Shown piece after piece: positions 26,292-38,283 of a stretch of DNA of 64,000 nucleotides. The position numbers were made by a program, and so were the translations under genes. The stretch's first letter is position 1. Each line of letters starts with the position of its first letter. Under the pieces are notes generated by a model. That model was given only the letters and a program-made list of their open reading frames with translations, had not been told where the DNA came from and made no database searches. The DNA is from Lepidodermella squamata (lineage: Eukaryota > Animalia > Gastrotricha). The DNA lies in NCBI GenBank assembly GCA_047495785.1, contig JBLDXI010000001.1:620001-684000 (forward strand). The letters run 5' to 3'.

Positions 26292-28175
26292 TGTTCGCAG
26301 CCAGGTGAATTATTGGTCGAGATAACTAAAATCTATTTAATAACATGTGTTTATAAGTAAATGTCGAATTAATTAATAAAAATGATAGGTAGATTCAAAA
26401 CGGAAAATGCATGAAAAGGACCCATGACGGACTAAAGATGGAAGTTTTCAAGTAATAGAAATAAAAGGGATGCACCCTTGATCAATGATGTGCTAATTTT
26501 ATGTAGCGTATCTGACAAAACTGGAGTATGCGGTATGCGGTTAATGTTCAAAAATAACAATGCAAATTAACAAACAAAAAACGCTGAGAATGTGAGATTT
26601 CTCTTACATGTTTGCCTTTGAGCAACGGCAGCTAGGGGATAGATTAAGCAGATGATAGCTACGTGCAATTCTACTCAGGTCGGAGCAAAGCCACACAACT
26701 TTCGAATAAAGATTAGACGCAACATCAGAAATGGGACGTGCAGTCCGTATCCTGCCACTTGCGAAGTGCTCTATCACCTATGAAAATCAAACTGAATCGA
26801 ACGAATCCATTAAATCCTATCAAGAATCGTCCTACTGGGGTAGTGGACTGCATGGCCACTGTTATGGGTTATGGGGGTGAAAGATTGGACTTGCAAATGC
26901 TTCACTGGAGCGAAGGTCGAACCAAAGGTACAAGACGAGATACAAGACGATCGAAATGAAGCAAAAGATCGAAAATCGACAGTATTCGGTATTACGCTGT
27001 TTCCTTATCTTTTATCCTACCATCTGAATGTTCAAGGGTTCACTTTGCACATAATTACCAAACGTTAAAAGCGAATAAACATTTCAAGTTGGTACAAGTG
27101 AAGTTAAGGCGGTACGTCAAGGTGGAGCAAGTCTGACAATAAAGATTAAAATATGCAGAAATGGTAGGAGGGAAGTTGCGTGTCAAGTGCCATTGTACAA
27201 AGCGATGGACTCGGAAGATGTTCGGTTGACGGAAGATAAAGGATAAAGGAATATGGCGACAAATCATAAAATCATCAGTCCCAAAAAACTATCTCATCTG
27301 CATAAAATTTTTAGCTGGACTCAATAATAATTCTTAGTAATTGGAAAACCAATATTTTGATAATTTTCAAAATTTTCTTTCGGCATAGCGAGTAAATGAA
27401 CGCCGCATGCTTTATGCAAAAAAGTTCGCCCCCTTTTGCCTTTTTTGTTCGGTCCTTTCGTCGTTGGTAGGGCTAAAAGTCATATCTCTACCCAAAATCG
27501 AAAGTGATGTTTTTATATTTTTATAGTTCCCGGCTCAGTTTTTCACGCTGGTCAGTAATGTGAAAACCGCAGCTCTAAATTTGCCAGGAAATTTGAAGTT
27601 CGGCGGGCCCTATCTCATTCTTCGCGTTTCTTTTTCGAGGTCTTTCTTTCCGCCTTGCTCGCCTTGCATACAAAGCAAAGCAAGATCAATACAAAGTAAG
27701 CCTTAATTCTCAGGATCTATCCAATCCTTTTCTTTCGATCCCGCATTGTAATTGAGTATTTACGGTTAGGTTTCCTGCGTTGCAAGAAGCAAAACTGTGG
27801 TGCTGCAAGCTCAAGCACGAATGTTGGTTGGATGGTGAGGGTGGCCCACCTCGATAACAAGTGGCTGCGCTATGAGCTGATGATCCCAGTCAAGATTTTT
27901 TAACGAAGGAATAAATGAGCAGCAACATAGTCAGTTGTCGGAAAGGTAATTCAGGCGAACAGATTGTTTCCGCATCAATTATCTCGCTTTTCAATACGAA
28001 CGTTTCTGGGATTGAGAATCGAATATCTGCTTTTCTGTGAAATGATGATGAATTAATCTGATCCTCACTATCAGAATACGCGCGATACATGTGACGTGAT
28101 ATCTACGTCACATGGCACGATACAGTCGTGATCTAAAAATTTATTCGAAATTGCACTGTTTAGCGCCAAATTTTA

Positions 28176-28232
28176 AAATTTGGATCCGCTACAGTCAAAT
28201 TTGGTTCTGCAACTGTCAAATTCGGTTCCACT
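28176..28232. repeat. Degenerate 21-bp tandem repeat, about 2.7 copies
   Basis: AAATTTGGATCCGCTACAGTC / AAATTTGGTTCTGCAACTGTC / AAATTCGGTTCCACT. Confidence 0.6.
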
Positions 28233-28319
28233 AACAGATCGTCTTGTATGCGGAAAAAGTGTTATAAGCGACCATTTGACATAAATCGAAAACAACGTAT
28301 TTTTACCTAACGGACCCTA

Positions 28320-28817
28320 GCAGCGGGTTTTCATCAGCACTAACTTCCACTTATCCGAGAAGTCTCATCATTTGTTATGGATTATTACAGACCAATACTA
28401 GTTGATGGAAACAAAAATTACATTTGCATCACCTTCCGTTGGCGTGCTGCCAACTTTTGCCGCTAAGTTCAGTTTTTACCATGTAAAACGGGTGCATCGA
28501 TTTGGGACCCCATTTGTTAGATCTGACAGCAGCACATAACAAATGTGAAGATTTGTTATATAACGTAACAAATGATGCTGATTACGATGGTGCCTTTTAT
28601 TTTTCCATCAGCATCACCTGGACAGGTGTGGATCGAAAAATCCAGGTAAGGTGGCTTACATGAGCAGGTAGGGTGCGTCCCAGCACGCCAACGGAAGGTG
28701 ATGCAAATGTAATTTTTGTTTCTATCAACTGCATTGTAGTATTGGTCTATAACAATCCATAACAAATGATGAGACTTCTCGGATATGTGGAAGTTAGTGC
28801 TGATGAAAACACGCTGC
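28320..28817. mobile_element. Inverted-repeat element (about 130-bp arms), probable decayed MITE
   Basis: 28320-28449 is the reverse complement of 28681-28817 with scattered substitutions and a small indel. No clear TSD. Confidence 0.7.
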
Positions 28818-29146
28818 CACGTTCAATGCGCCGTATTTTTCCAACTTTGACCCACATCGGAATTGCCAGTGAAGGTTGTCACCGTATGGTGTAATTGACC
28901 CCCGCTTCTGCGTAGTATTCGTACTTTTTGCGCTACAGGTAAAAATAGGCACAGCTTTTTAGGTTTTTGCGGATTTTTGCGGGCACCTAAGGTTCGATTC
29001 TTGTTCGCGACCCCCACATTGTTAAGCTTGGATTTTCAATTTTTGTTTTAGCCTGATGAATTCATTTACAAATTTTGAGCTTATTCGTGATGTGCCTAAG
29101 CCGTTTACTAATGGAATAAGTTCGCGCTTATCGGCATGTATTAGTA

Positions 29147-29780
29147 ATGAAAATTACTAAAATTAATGGACAATTTACTCAGACAGCATGCTTAGAGTTC
29201 GGAGTGCCCCAGGGTTCCGTCTTGGGACCTTTATTACTTACGATCTACGTGAATGAACTGCCTCTGACATCACTCATGTCTACTGTTATTCAATATGCAG
29301 ATGACACCACCATTTATTTCTCGGCTAAAAATGTAACTGAAATCGAAAGCGTTCTTCAAAAAGACCTTGAAAATCTTGTACGATGGCTAGGTTCTAACCG
29401 CCTCAAAGTTAACGGCAAAAAATCCCAGTTAATGATTGTTACACTAAAATCAATTGGCAAAATCAATATTACTATAAACGGGGTCTCAATTGAACAGACA
29501 AATTCGATTTGTTTATTAGGTTTCACTCTAGACGAAAAACTGCTCTACAAGGATGAACAAATCGAGAAAGCTTGCTCTAAGGCTCGAAAAGGTATTTATG
29601 CGCTTCAATTAGCGGCAAAGAATGGCTTGAATAGGGACTGCCTGAAATCGATGGCAAATGGCTTGATCTTTTCGCACTTAAAGTACTGTGATATTATCCT
29701 AAATGAAGCCTGTCTGACTTCTCTACAAAAACTACAATCCTTGCAAGACAAGGCAGTCAGAATTGTTTTGAATGCGCTGG
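29147..29780 (+). mobile_element. Non-LTR retrotransposon (CR1/L2-like) reverse transcriptase fragment, truncated
   Basis: GVPQGSVLGPLL, YADD, N.LKVN..KSQ, LLGFTLDEKL, LQSLQDKAVR motifs. No endonuclease or RT N-terminal half. Similarity stops near 29780. Confidence 0.92.
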
Positions 29781-30515
29781 ATTGTGCCGACGGCAGCGGC
29801 TGCTCTTTCCCACCCTATATTTCCTGGCTTTCATTCGTCTGTTTTCGCACTGCCCCCCAAATAATCAGTTTCTGAGTCGCCTCCTGTTCTTCTGATACCT
29901 GACTTCGCTCTCGGTTGAGAACGTCCTTTACTGATTCTTACAGCCATGTGGAGCGACAATTTAATTTTCCATCGGTGTGAATTATGGTGAATGGAATGAT
30001 ATGATTTTTGAAATTTCACAGTTAGCATTCATTAGCGAACTTTCGAACCAGGCTCGAATCTAGAGTTTGAACCGATCAATCCTAAGTCAAGAAAATCAAT
30101 ACTGAGTCTCATATTTGGCCTTGTCGATTCCCAACTCGATCGTTTTCTCATCAGTTAAGGTATCAGCCTTTTAAGGAATCGTCCCTAAATAATTTCTTGA
30201 AGACAAAGTGTTGGAGTTAGTGTTTTAACGGTAATTTTAAAAGGTAGTCCCAGTACAGCAATCTATTGATCAAATGGGATTTGACAATTAAAAATGAAAC
30301 ATTTGAATGATGCGTAATGAGGCAAAGCGCGTGCATGCCTTGAGCGCAAGAGCAGGATGCGCGGATGCGGTGCGGATGAGCCCGCGCAACTATCAAAATT
30401 CAACCTTGAAAAATGATGCGGCTAACTACGACAATATGGTTTAAAAAATCACAATTGTCGCGGAATTTCTATTTTGTTATTTAATTTGTAATTATAAATA
30501 GTGATATTTTATTTA

Positions 30516-30546
30516 CACGTGGAAGGCTTTTTCTGATTGGGCCCCG
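30516..30546. promoter_or_regulatory. Candidate UPR/ER-stress elements in the PDI promoter
   Basis: CACGTGG, then an inverted CCAAT (ATTGG) 13 nt away. ATTGGGCCCCG is one mismatch from ERSE-II (ATTGG-N-CCACG). The spacing is not the canonical ERSE N9. Confidence 0.3.
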
Positions 30547-30723
30547 TTGGCGGCATCGGTTTAAAAGCAACCGAAAAAATTCGACCCATAAGCGTTGCTA
30601 GGTCGTCACGTTACACCGGTAAATACTGTTAGCACGAGAACTTTCTTTCTGTCATTGATATCATCCGATCTTGACTAGCTAATTGAAATTAACATCAACT
30701 AATTTAATCTTAGGTTTGATTTA

Positions 30724-32368
30724 ATGATGAAGCTTCTTCTCGCGGCGCTGTTGTTGCCGGCTGTTCTCTGCAGCGATGTCCTGGAGTTCAACGATGCCAA
30801 CTTCAGCGATGAAATCAAGAAATATGACTTCATCCTGGTTGAGTTTTACGCGCCCTGGTGTGGCCACTGCAAGCGCTTGGCTCCTGAGTACGAAACTGCT
30901 GCGACCGCTCTCAAGGGCAATGATCCCCCTGTCGCCTTAGCCAAAGTCGATTGCGTTGGTGATGGCAAGGGCACTTGCGACAAGTTCAGCGTTTCTGGTT
31001 TCCCAACCCTGAAGATCTTCCGCAATGGCGAAGTTTCGTCAGATTACGAAGGTCCTCGTGAAGCCAGTAAGTTACAGAAAGAGTTGTCTGTTTTCTTCAT
31101 ATTCCATTCTCTCAATTAGATGGCATCGTCAAGTACCTCCGCTCCAAGGCCGGCCCGGTCTCTAAGGAGCTGACTTCTGCTGATCAAATTGAGAAAATGC
31201 TGACTGGCGACGAGCCCGTCGTTGTTGGATTCTTCAGCAGCATGGATAGTGCTGCTGGTAAGGAATTCATGAAAGTCGCTGGTGCCGAAGGCGAGAAGTT
31301 CCGATTCGCTCATACCACTAGCAAAGACGTTGCTGGAAAGCACGCTATTGAGTAAGATCTCGTAATTTAATCATGTTCCTTATAAAATGTTGGCACTTAC
31401 AGCTCCGTTGTCCTGTTCCGTGCCAAGAAGTTCCAGAACAAATTCGAAGACAGCGAACTCGCTTACTCAGGTGAAATCACTCAATCCAAGATCAAGACTT
31501 GGCTTACCGCTAACCTCAATGGCCTTGTTGGTCTCCGCTCTCAGGGCAACATGAACGATTTCGAAAAGCCTTTGGTTACTGTGTACTACAAGATTGACTT
31601 GGTCAAGGACCCCAAGGGCTTCGGTTACTGGCGTAACCGCATTCTGAAGGTTGCCAAGTCCTTCAAGGATGCTGGCAAGCGCGTCACCTTTGCTGTCTCG
31701 AGCATCACTGAAATGTCACACGACCTGTCTGAATTCGGTATGGAAGATAAGTCGTCGTCTGAAAAGCCAGTCGCCACCGCTCGTGATGCTTTGAACAAGA
31801 AGTACAAGATGGATGCCGAATGGAGCATCGAAGCTTTCGAAAAATTCGTTAACGATTTCCTCGACAACAAGCTGGAAGCTCACATGAAGTCAGAGCCTGT
31901 TCCCGAGAAGAACGACGAGCCCGTCAAGGTTGTTGTCGCTAGGAACTTTGACGAGATCGTCAACGACCCGACCAAGGATGTTTTGATCGAATTCTACGCT
32001 CCATGGTGCGGCCACTGCAAGAGCTTGGCCCCGAAGTACGACGAACTCGGCAAGAAACTTAAGAAGGAATCCGGTGTCGTCATTGCCAAGATGGATGCCA
32101 CTGCCAACGACGTTCCAGCGCAATACCAAGTTTCTGGTTTCCCGACCATCTACTTCGCCCCGAAGAACAACAAGATGTCGCCCAAGCAATACCAGGTAAC
32201 GCATTTCATACCTGTTTGATACTTATTTTTTCATAATTTTTTGTTTAACAGGGTGGTCGCGAGGTTAAAGACTTCCTTGATTACATTGCCAAGGAAGCTA
32301 CCGAAGAGCTCTCCGGTTTCGACCGTTCGGGCAAGAAGAAAAAGGGTGCCAAGAAGGAAGAGCTGTAG
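30724..32368 (+). CDS. PDIA3: Protein disulfide-isomerase A3 (ERp57/ERp60); exons 30724-31066, 31120-31351, 31403-32195, 32252-32368
   Basis: Signal peptide, two APWCGHCK sites, [18 protein letters not shown], and a basic C-terminus ending KEEL (ER retention). Confidence 0.96.
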
Positions 32369-32974
32369 ACACCTGTGTTCTTTGTTTGTGTTAGCTGTGA
32401 CTTGCGTTTTGGAATGGAGAACTTTGATTTACCAACAAAACATTTCCTCAGACAATTATTATAATGTGATATTACGTGCGTCATAGGCTGATTTACTGGT
32501 GAACCATGAAAGATGTTCTCGCGAAAGATCTAACCAGTGCCTCCAACTGCTTTAATGTATTAAAAACGTGCATGAGAGCGAAACATTAAATGTTATTAAA
32601 AGATATTCCTGTTTTTTTCATTCCATTGACTATTTGCTATCATCTATCGATTGCACTTATTGGGGACAATTTGATTAAGGGTGCAAAGGGCAATATCACT
32701 AATAGATATTTATTGTGTTAACATTTTGCTATCTTGCGGCTTCCGAGAGATGCTATTCTTTATTTCGAGTCATGAATGACATTTTAGTTCAGCTTTAGAC
32801 CTATAAGGTTGTTTTTGTTTATACATCAAGGATTTCTGACGAAATAAAAGATTGACACTGAAAACAATTTTATTGAAAAACAATTTGCAATGAAGTTCCA
32901 GCAGCTGACTAGAAACATTTTGGCACAGAAAATCACAGTTGCAGAAGAAAGCTAACCATTGAATAGAAAAATAA

Positions 32975-35900
32975 TCACTGATTCTGAGAAGTTCTCGGCG
33001 AATGGCGCCTGATTACGGTTGAGCTAGTGTTGTAGCTGGGCCAATCCAATATCACTTCGTTTCTTGGCTGATCAGGACCAACCCAAGCCAATTGCAATGG
33101 CGGCGGTTGAGATGACCGCGAACCCGAGTTTTCAACATACTGCTGAGACTGCGCATTGTAAGGTCTTGGCACAGTGGTCAAACCGACACCAGCAACCGGC
33201 AAACGTAACTGACTAGAAACCTCAGGAATCATTAAAGGCTGGTTAAAATAATGTTGACTAGGATCAATGGATGATCTCCCGATATGATATTGCACCTCGG
33301 ATTGCTCATAGAGATGATGACGTTGAGTAGGAGGAGGTGGTGGTGGGGGTGGCGATAGGACAGGTCGGACAATGTCTGGCGTCTCAAATGCCACCTGTTT
33401 TGAAATTTTATCTAGATTCTCATTTGGAGGATTCGTGGAGAGCATTTGGCGGCTTTTTACCGCTGCTACCAATTTAGTATTCAGCTGTTGTAGCCGAAGC
33501 AATCGACTTGATAAAGTTTCCACCCGCTTTTCCAGATGACCGATATTTTCAGTCATAGCCGCATTGCTAGGGAGCGATTGAAACGCAGGAGTAACACGAG
33601 AGCGAGCTCGCCTTGCGCTGAATAACGGGGCCTCGTGACTATCTTCCATTTTCTGCTCTTTTTCCTCTTTCAAATCGGCATTATCAGCCTCGACAACAGC
33701 AGCTTCAGCGAGAGACTCTAAGCGACCCAAGCGAGAAACTTGATCGCGAATCGTCGCCAGTTGCTTGTGAATGTCTGCAAGTTGGTTGACAACACCGCCG
33801 TGTTTTTCGCGTCGCTATAAAATTTCAGCAAATGAAGTTGGGAAATGAGAAAACCATGCAAAAAACCTTTTTATCTCTCATCATCGCAGCTCTGGTTTCA
33901 TGCTCGAAATTCATCGCTGGATCTTGATCCGCCTCAACAAAAGCAGCTTTAATCATCGAATTCCTTCTATCGTTATCAGTTGTCGCGTCATCGTCCAATC
34001 CCGTTATGACAACTTTTGCGGCGGAGAATTGAGCTTCTTTATCCCTAATGATGGCCCGATGTCTGCAGCAACGTTTCCAAAAAGCGAGAACGATTCGGCG
34101 AATTCCGAGCCACAGCAAACCGAAAATAGATAAGGGCGGTGGCAAGGCTTGCTTGTGCTCAAACTCCGTGATCATTTGATATTGATAGTACTTCCAGATT
34201 TCATTTGAGTTCTGACTGACCTCGTCATAAACATCTGAAAAAAATTCACGCAGTAGAATCTAGTAAATAAATCGAAACTATTTTCTCATACTTGAAAATA
34301 TAGCAATGAGCAGGTTTGTAAGGAGGAAAGATAGCAAGATCCAGAATGCTAGAAATGCGCTCAAAAACCATGATGTAGCCGTTGGAGTTGGACCGTCACC
34401 GTCAGATGATGGCGTCGGTATAGCCATCATTGCCGACGAATTAGCCACGGCATTCGTAGAATTCACGAGAGTAGACAACAGAGTAGTCGTCAAAATACCC
34501 GGCATAGCGGTTGTCTCGTTTGATCCCGATTCGTTACGAAATCCTGCCGCTAATAATGAGCTGTTCGATGTGTCAGTGCAATTTGTGGAATCATCCACCG
34601 AGCATGACTGACTAGTCTGGTAACTGTCAACGGTTTGTCGCTTATCTGCACCAATAATTTCCGACAAATCCGGTCCGGAAATAAAAGTCCAAAAGGAGTA
34701 GGTCAAAATGAACTTGATATTAGCGTAACTGACATCGACGGAATCCTTGTAGTAAAACGCGGCATGGGCAATGCCAAACGCCGACAAGCATAAGAAAATG
34801 ATTACAAGAAAAGGCACGAGCTGCATTAACATATTTCCGATCATGACCAGCTGCGGACCCAACGAAGTTGACGCGTTCAGCACACGAAGAAGTTTCACGA
34901 AAAATATGAATAACGAAAACGCGAAAACACATTTAGCTGCGAAATTCAAGTCGGCGTTATTGGTACTAGCGCATAGTCGGAGTACAAAAGCGACTGCATA
35001 CAGAAAAACCGCCGAAGCCTCGGCTTTGTTCCAAACAGTCTGCCACCAGAACGATGCCTTCCGACCCAGTGATTTGAATGGCACTCGCAAAACTTCATGA
35101 AAAGCCTCCGCTAGAAGCGTAAAAACCCAGGCGTGGAGGAGATACTCGAACGACCTGTTGTAACCATTTGCCGGGTTATGATATGCAAAAAGCAGAACGT
35201 AAGTAAACAGAGCCAAGAACAAACAGCTCGTCATGGTATAGAAGCAAAATTTTGTTACAGGAGCCCCAAAAAATCTGACGTATTTTCGTAAGTTTTGTTT
35301 CACAGAAACGGACGTATCGCTATTCTCGCGCTTAGAAATAGCCTTCTTAGCAGATATTCCCATGTCCTCGATATGGGCGATATGTCGGTACATATTATAG
35401 AGTCGCAACATTTTTCGAGAAACAGCCAAATTACTACCAGAGTCGCCCGTATCGAATGTAATTAGGAATGGTACAAAAGGGGCGAACAGAATTCCGACGC
35501 AAATCATCGGCCAATATGAGACAATTTTGCGTTGCCAGCGATGGTTCAGAACATCCTGGCAAACAGCAGAGCCGACGAACGTTTTACAATCGGCCATCGC
35601 AGCGGTTTGAAGGCAAGTCGTATTACTCCAATCGTGATGGCGGCGTTGAAGAGCAACCACGGTCATATGATGGTCCAAAAGAGCGCATTTATTGATTAAA
35701 TCAGTCGCTAGATCTTCGAAATGAGATTTGGTTTGCATATAGCTATCAGCCAGCTCAGAATCTTCAGCAGACGCGCGGTCAGCCAGTGATTTTGACATCA
35801 AAGCTGCCATGAGAGCCGTTATGATAGGATGATCAACTTTTTGCCAAAAGTAAGCAGCCATTTCCACACGGTTAAGCAGTAAGGACCACATGAAAAGTTC

Positions 35901-38128
35901 GAGGTATGGATTTGTGATTCCACAAGACGGAACTTCAAAAAATTGGTTCAGATCTTCATGGAAATACCAGTAAACAAGCATTTCTCGCAACGCCGGGTTT
36001 TTCAGTTTATTATTCAGCGAACGAAACCTTCCGGCTTTAGCTCGTTTGAACTGCGAAAGAAGTCCCGCCAAATATTTATCCTTATCAACCGTTGACTTGT
36101 AAAGTTGGCTCAAAACTTCAATTGTTAGAAATTCCTTCAAAGAAAATCCCCGATTAATCAGCAAGGTAACAAAGCCGAGTTTTTCTTTCAGCAGCGCGTT
36201 CTTCATGACGATTTTCAAGTTCTCACGACCCTCTTCATTTTCAGGGTAGTAGGGAAAAATCTTTTCCTCAGCAATATCAGACCGGTCCCAGGTTAAGGCT
36301 AGATTCAACTGCTCTAATGCACTGTCATTTTTATCCGCCTTGTCAACTTTCAACAAAGCAGCTAGAATTGCAGAGTCAAAATCTTCTCGCGCCGTCAAAT
36401 CGAAAAGCGTAATAAGCTGCGTATTGACCGCCGTTTCGAAAATTCGCTTGGTCATTTGTTGAATTCGAAGTCTGTTACTCTCGACTTCGTGTTCGCGGAA
36501 GAACGCTTTTATAACTTTGCTTTCCATCGAACCAAAATAAAAATCTCCTGGGTTTGGAATGGACGGTTCTTGATCAGGCGTAGACATAGCGCCCTTGATC
36601 TCCAGCATAATTTCAACAGCAGCAGCAAAAACGTCAGCAGCTCGGCCAGTGTGAGTACAAATTACAACTGGAATGTTGAGTTGAACAGCAAAAAATACCG
36701 TATCAATTACAGCGAGGCCGCCTTCGACTACAATCACGACAGATGGAACAGAATAATCGCTCAATTTGACACCGGGTGGACGAGGTTCGTCAATGAATAC
36801 TTCTTCAGAATTAAGGCGGTGCAGCAGGCACATCATAAACAGCGAATCGTGAATGCAGCTATGGTTACGATAACCATTATCGACAAGCAGAAAATGCGAA
36901 TGGTCCGGGTTGAGGCACCCTTCTCCTTTCGCCGACTTCACGGTAGAATACATCCGAACAGGTTCATTATACGCTCGATACAGATTGCTACGAGGAATAA
37001 CTTCATCTGGCTGCTGCGGCAGACCAGCTTGAATTGGAACCCCGGAGGTGCCTTTATTCCCGCGTTGGCCATATGCTGTTTGTGGTCGGCGGTTAGAAGC
37101 TTTTGATCGAATAACCAGGTTTTCTCGGTCTTTAATGTAACCCCACAAACCGACACCAATGCAGCGAATTCGTGTTGCCTCGGCATCTCCAGGGTCCTCG
37201 TTATCGCAAGAACTCATAGTCTGACCTTCACGTACGCTATCGCCGACAATTTTCATGATACCGAAATTGCATCCTCCCGTTAAAATCCAGGCGTGCGTTG
37301 ATATAGCGACTTTGATCAAACCTCTTGAGAATGTCTCGACACGCCTAATGATTAAATTATTTTAGACTGCTTTTAATTTCGATTTTTTTTATTAATTACT
37401 TGCTATCGAGTTTGAATTGTTTAGCCCCGCCGATAACCGCGACTGCAAGATTTGGAATGGGACTGAAAAGTTGCCAGTCGTTTTTAAGAAATCGCAGCGC
37501 ATCATCGACAGTTTGCCACGTTTCGTGGTCGATAACAGCTGCCATCTCGGCGGGGTTTTGTTTGCTTGACACCTCGTCGAGAAAACCAGGCCGCTGCAGG
37601 CGGCAGCCCAGACGCAGAAATTTGCTCGGCTTTCTAGCGCCAGAATGCTCGTCGCGAAATATTATGCTACCAAATGCGTTCGTGCCCGGGTAGGTTATAA
37701 TATCAGCCTCACTCCACTCAGATGTTTCTTCATCAACATTTTTACCGGGGTGATGAGATTGTCGCTGTCCACAACAACAGCTAAACAAATAAAATGAAAT
37801 TATATTTGCAATTCTGCGGCGTGTTTCGTTAGCTTACACATCATGCTCGCCTGTCGCGTTGTCGCCCGCAACAAAACGCATGCATTCCATCATTGAGAAG
37901 CGCTGCTGTATGAAAGCGACCGCATCTTTATCTGTCATCTAGAAATTTCAAGTCGCAGTAAGCAGCTATTAATATTAATCCGGAGGGCAAACATACTTGC
38001 GCGTGGGAATTTACGTCGGTTTTCTCACTTTCGCTTAGACCCATGCGCTGTCTCTGTATTCGGCTGCGGATTTCGTTCAGGGACATGGCGTTTTCCGGCT
38101 TCTTGGCCGCCGCTTCCTTTCGAACCAT
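32975..38128 (-). CDS. TRPM-family cation channel, paralog A (no kinase or NUDT9-H domain)
   Basis: F..MEC..F / CCCG N-terminus, AWILTGG, LNPDHSHFLLVDNG, VVEGG, LALTWDRSDIA, FFGAPVTKF, LGPQLVMI, NLLIAIFS, and TRP box EIWKYYQYQMITEF....LPPPLS. Multi-exon. Confidence 0.93.
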
Positions 38129-38283
38129 TGCAAAACGCCCGGTATATATAAAATGTCCCTAGAAATTGAAGGACAACAAGTTTACTAAATCATATATTTG
38201 GCACCAACAATCGAAAAATAATGAAATCAGTGGAAGTCGTTTTGATTCAATAAAAGTGATAACAAAATAAAATTGCGTTTCAT

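Noticed and set aside
26267-26311. Hairpin ATTCACC...GGTGAAT with partial resemblance to the miR-124 3' end
   Set aside because: The miR-124 seed is absent, the stem is short, and it overlaps the GATAD2 start exon.
27870-28830. CTGATGA occurrences suggesting hammerhead ribozymes
   Set aside because: No stem II followed by GAAA and a cleavage triplet could be built.
36456-37106. 216-aa plus-strand ORF
   Set aside because: It is an antisense shadow of the TRPM coding exon.
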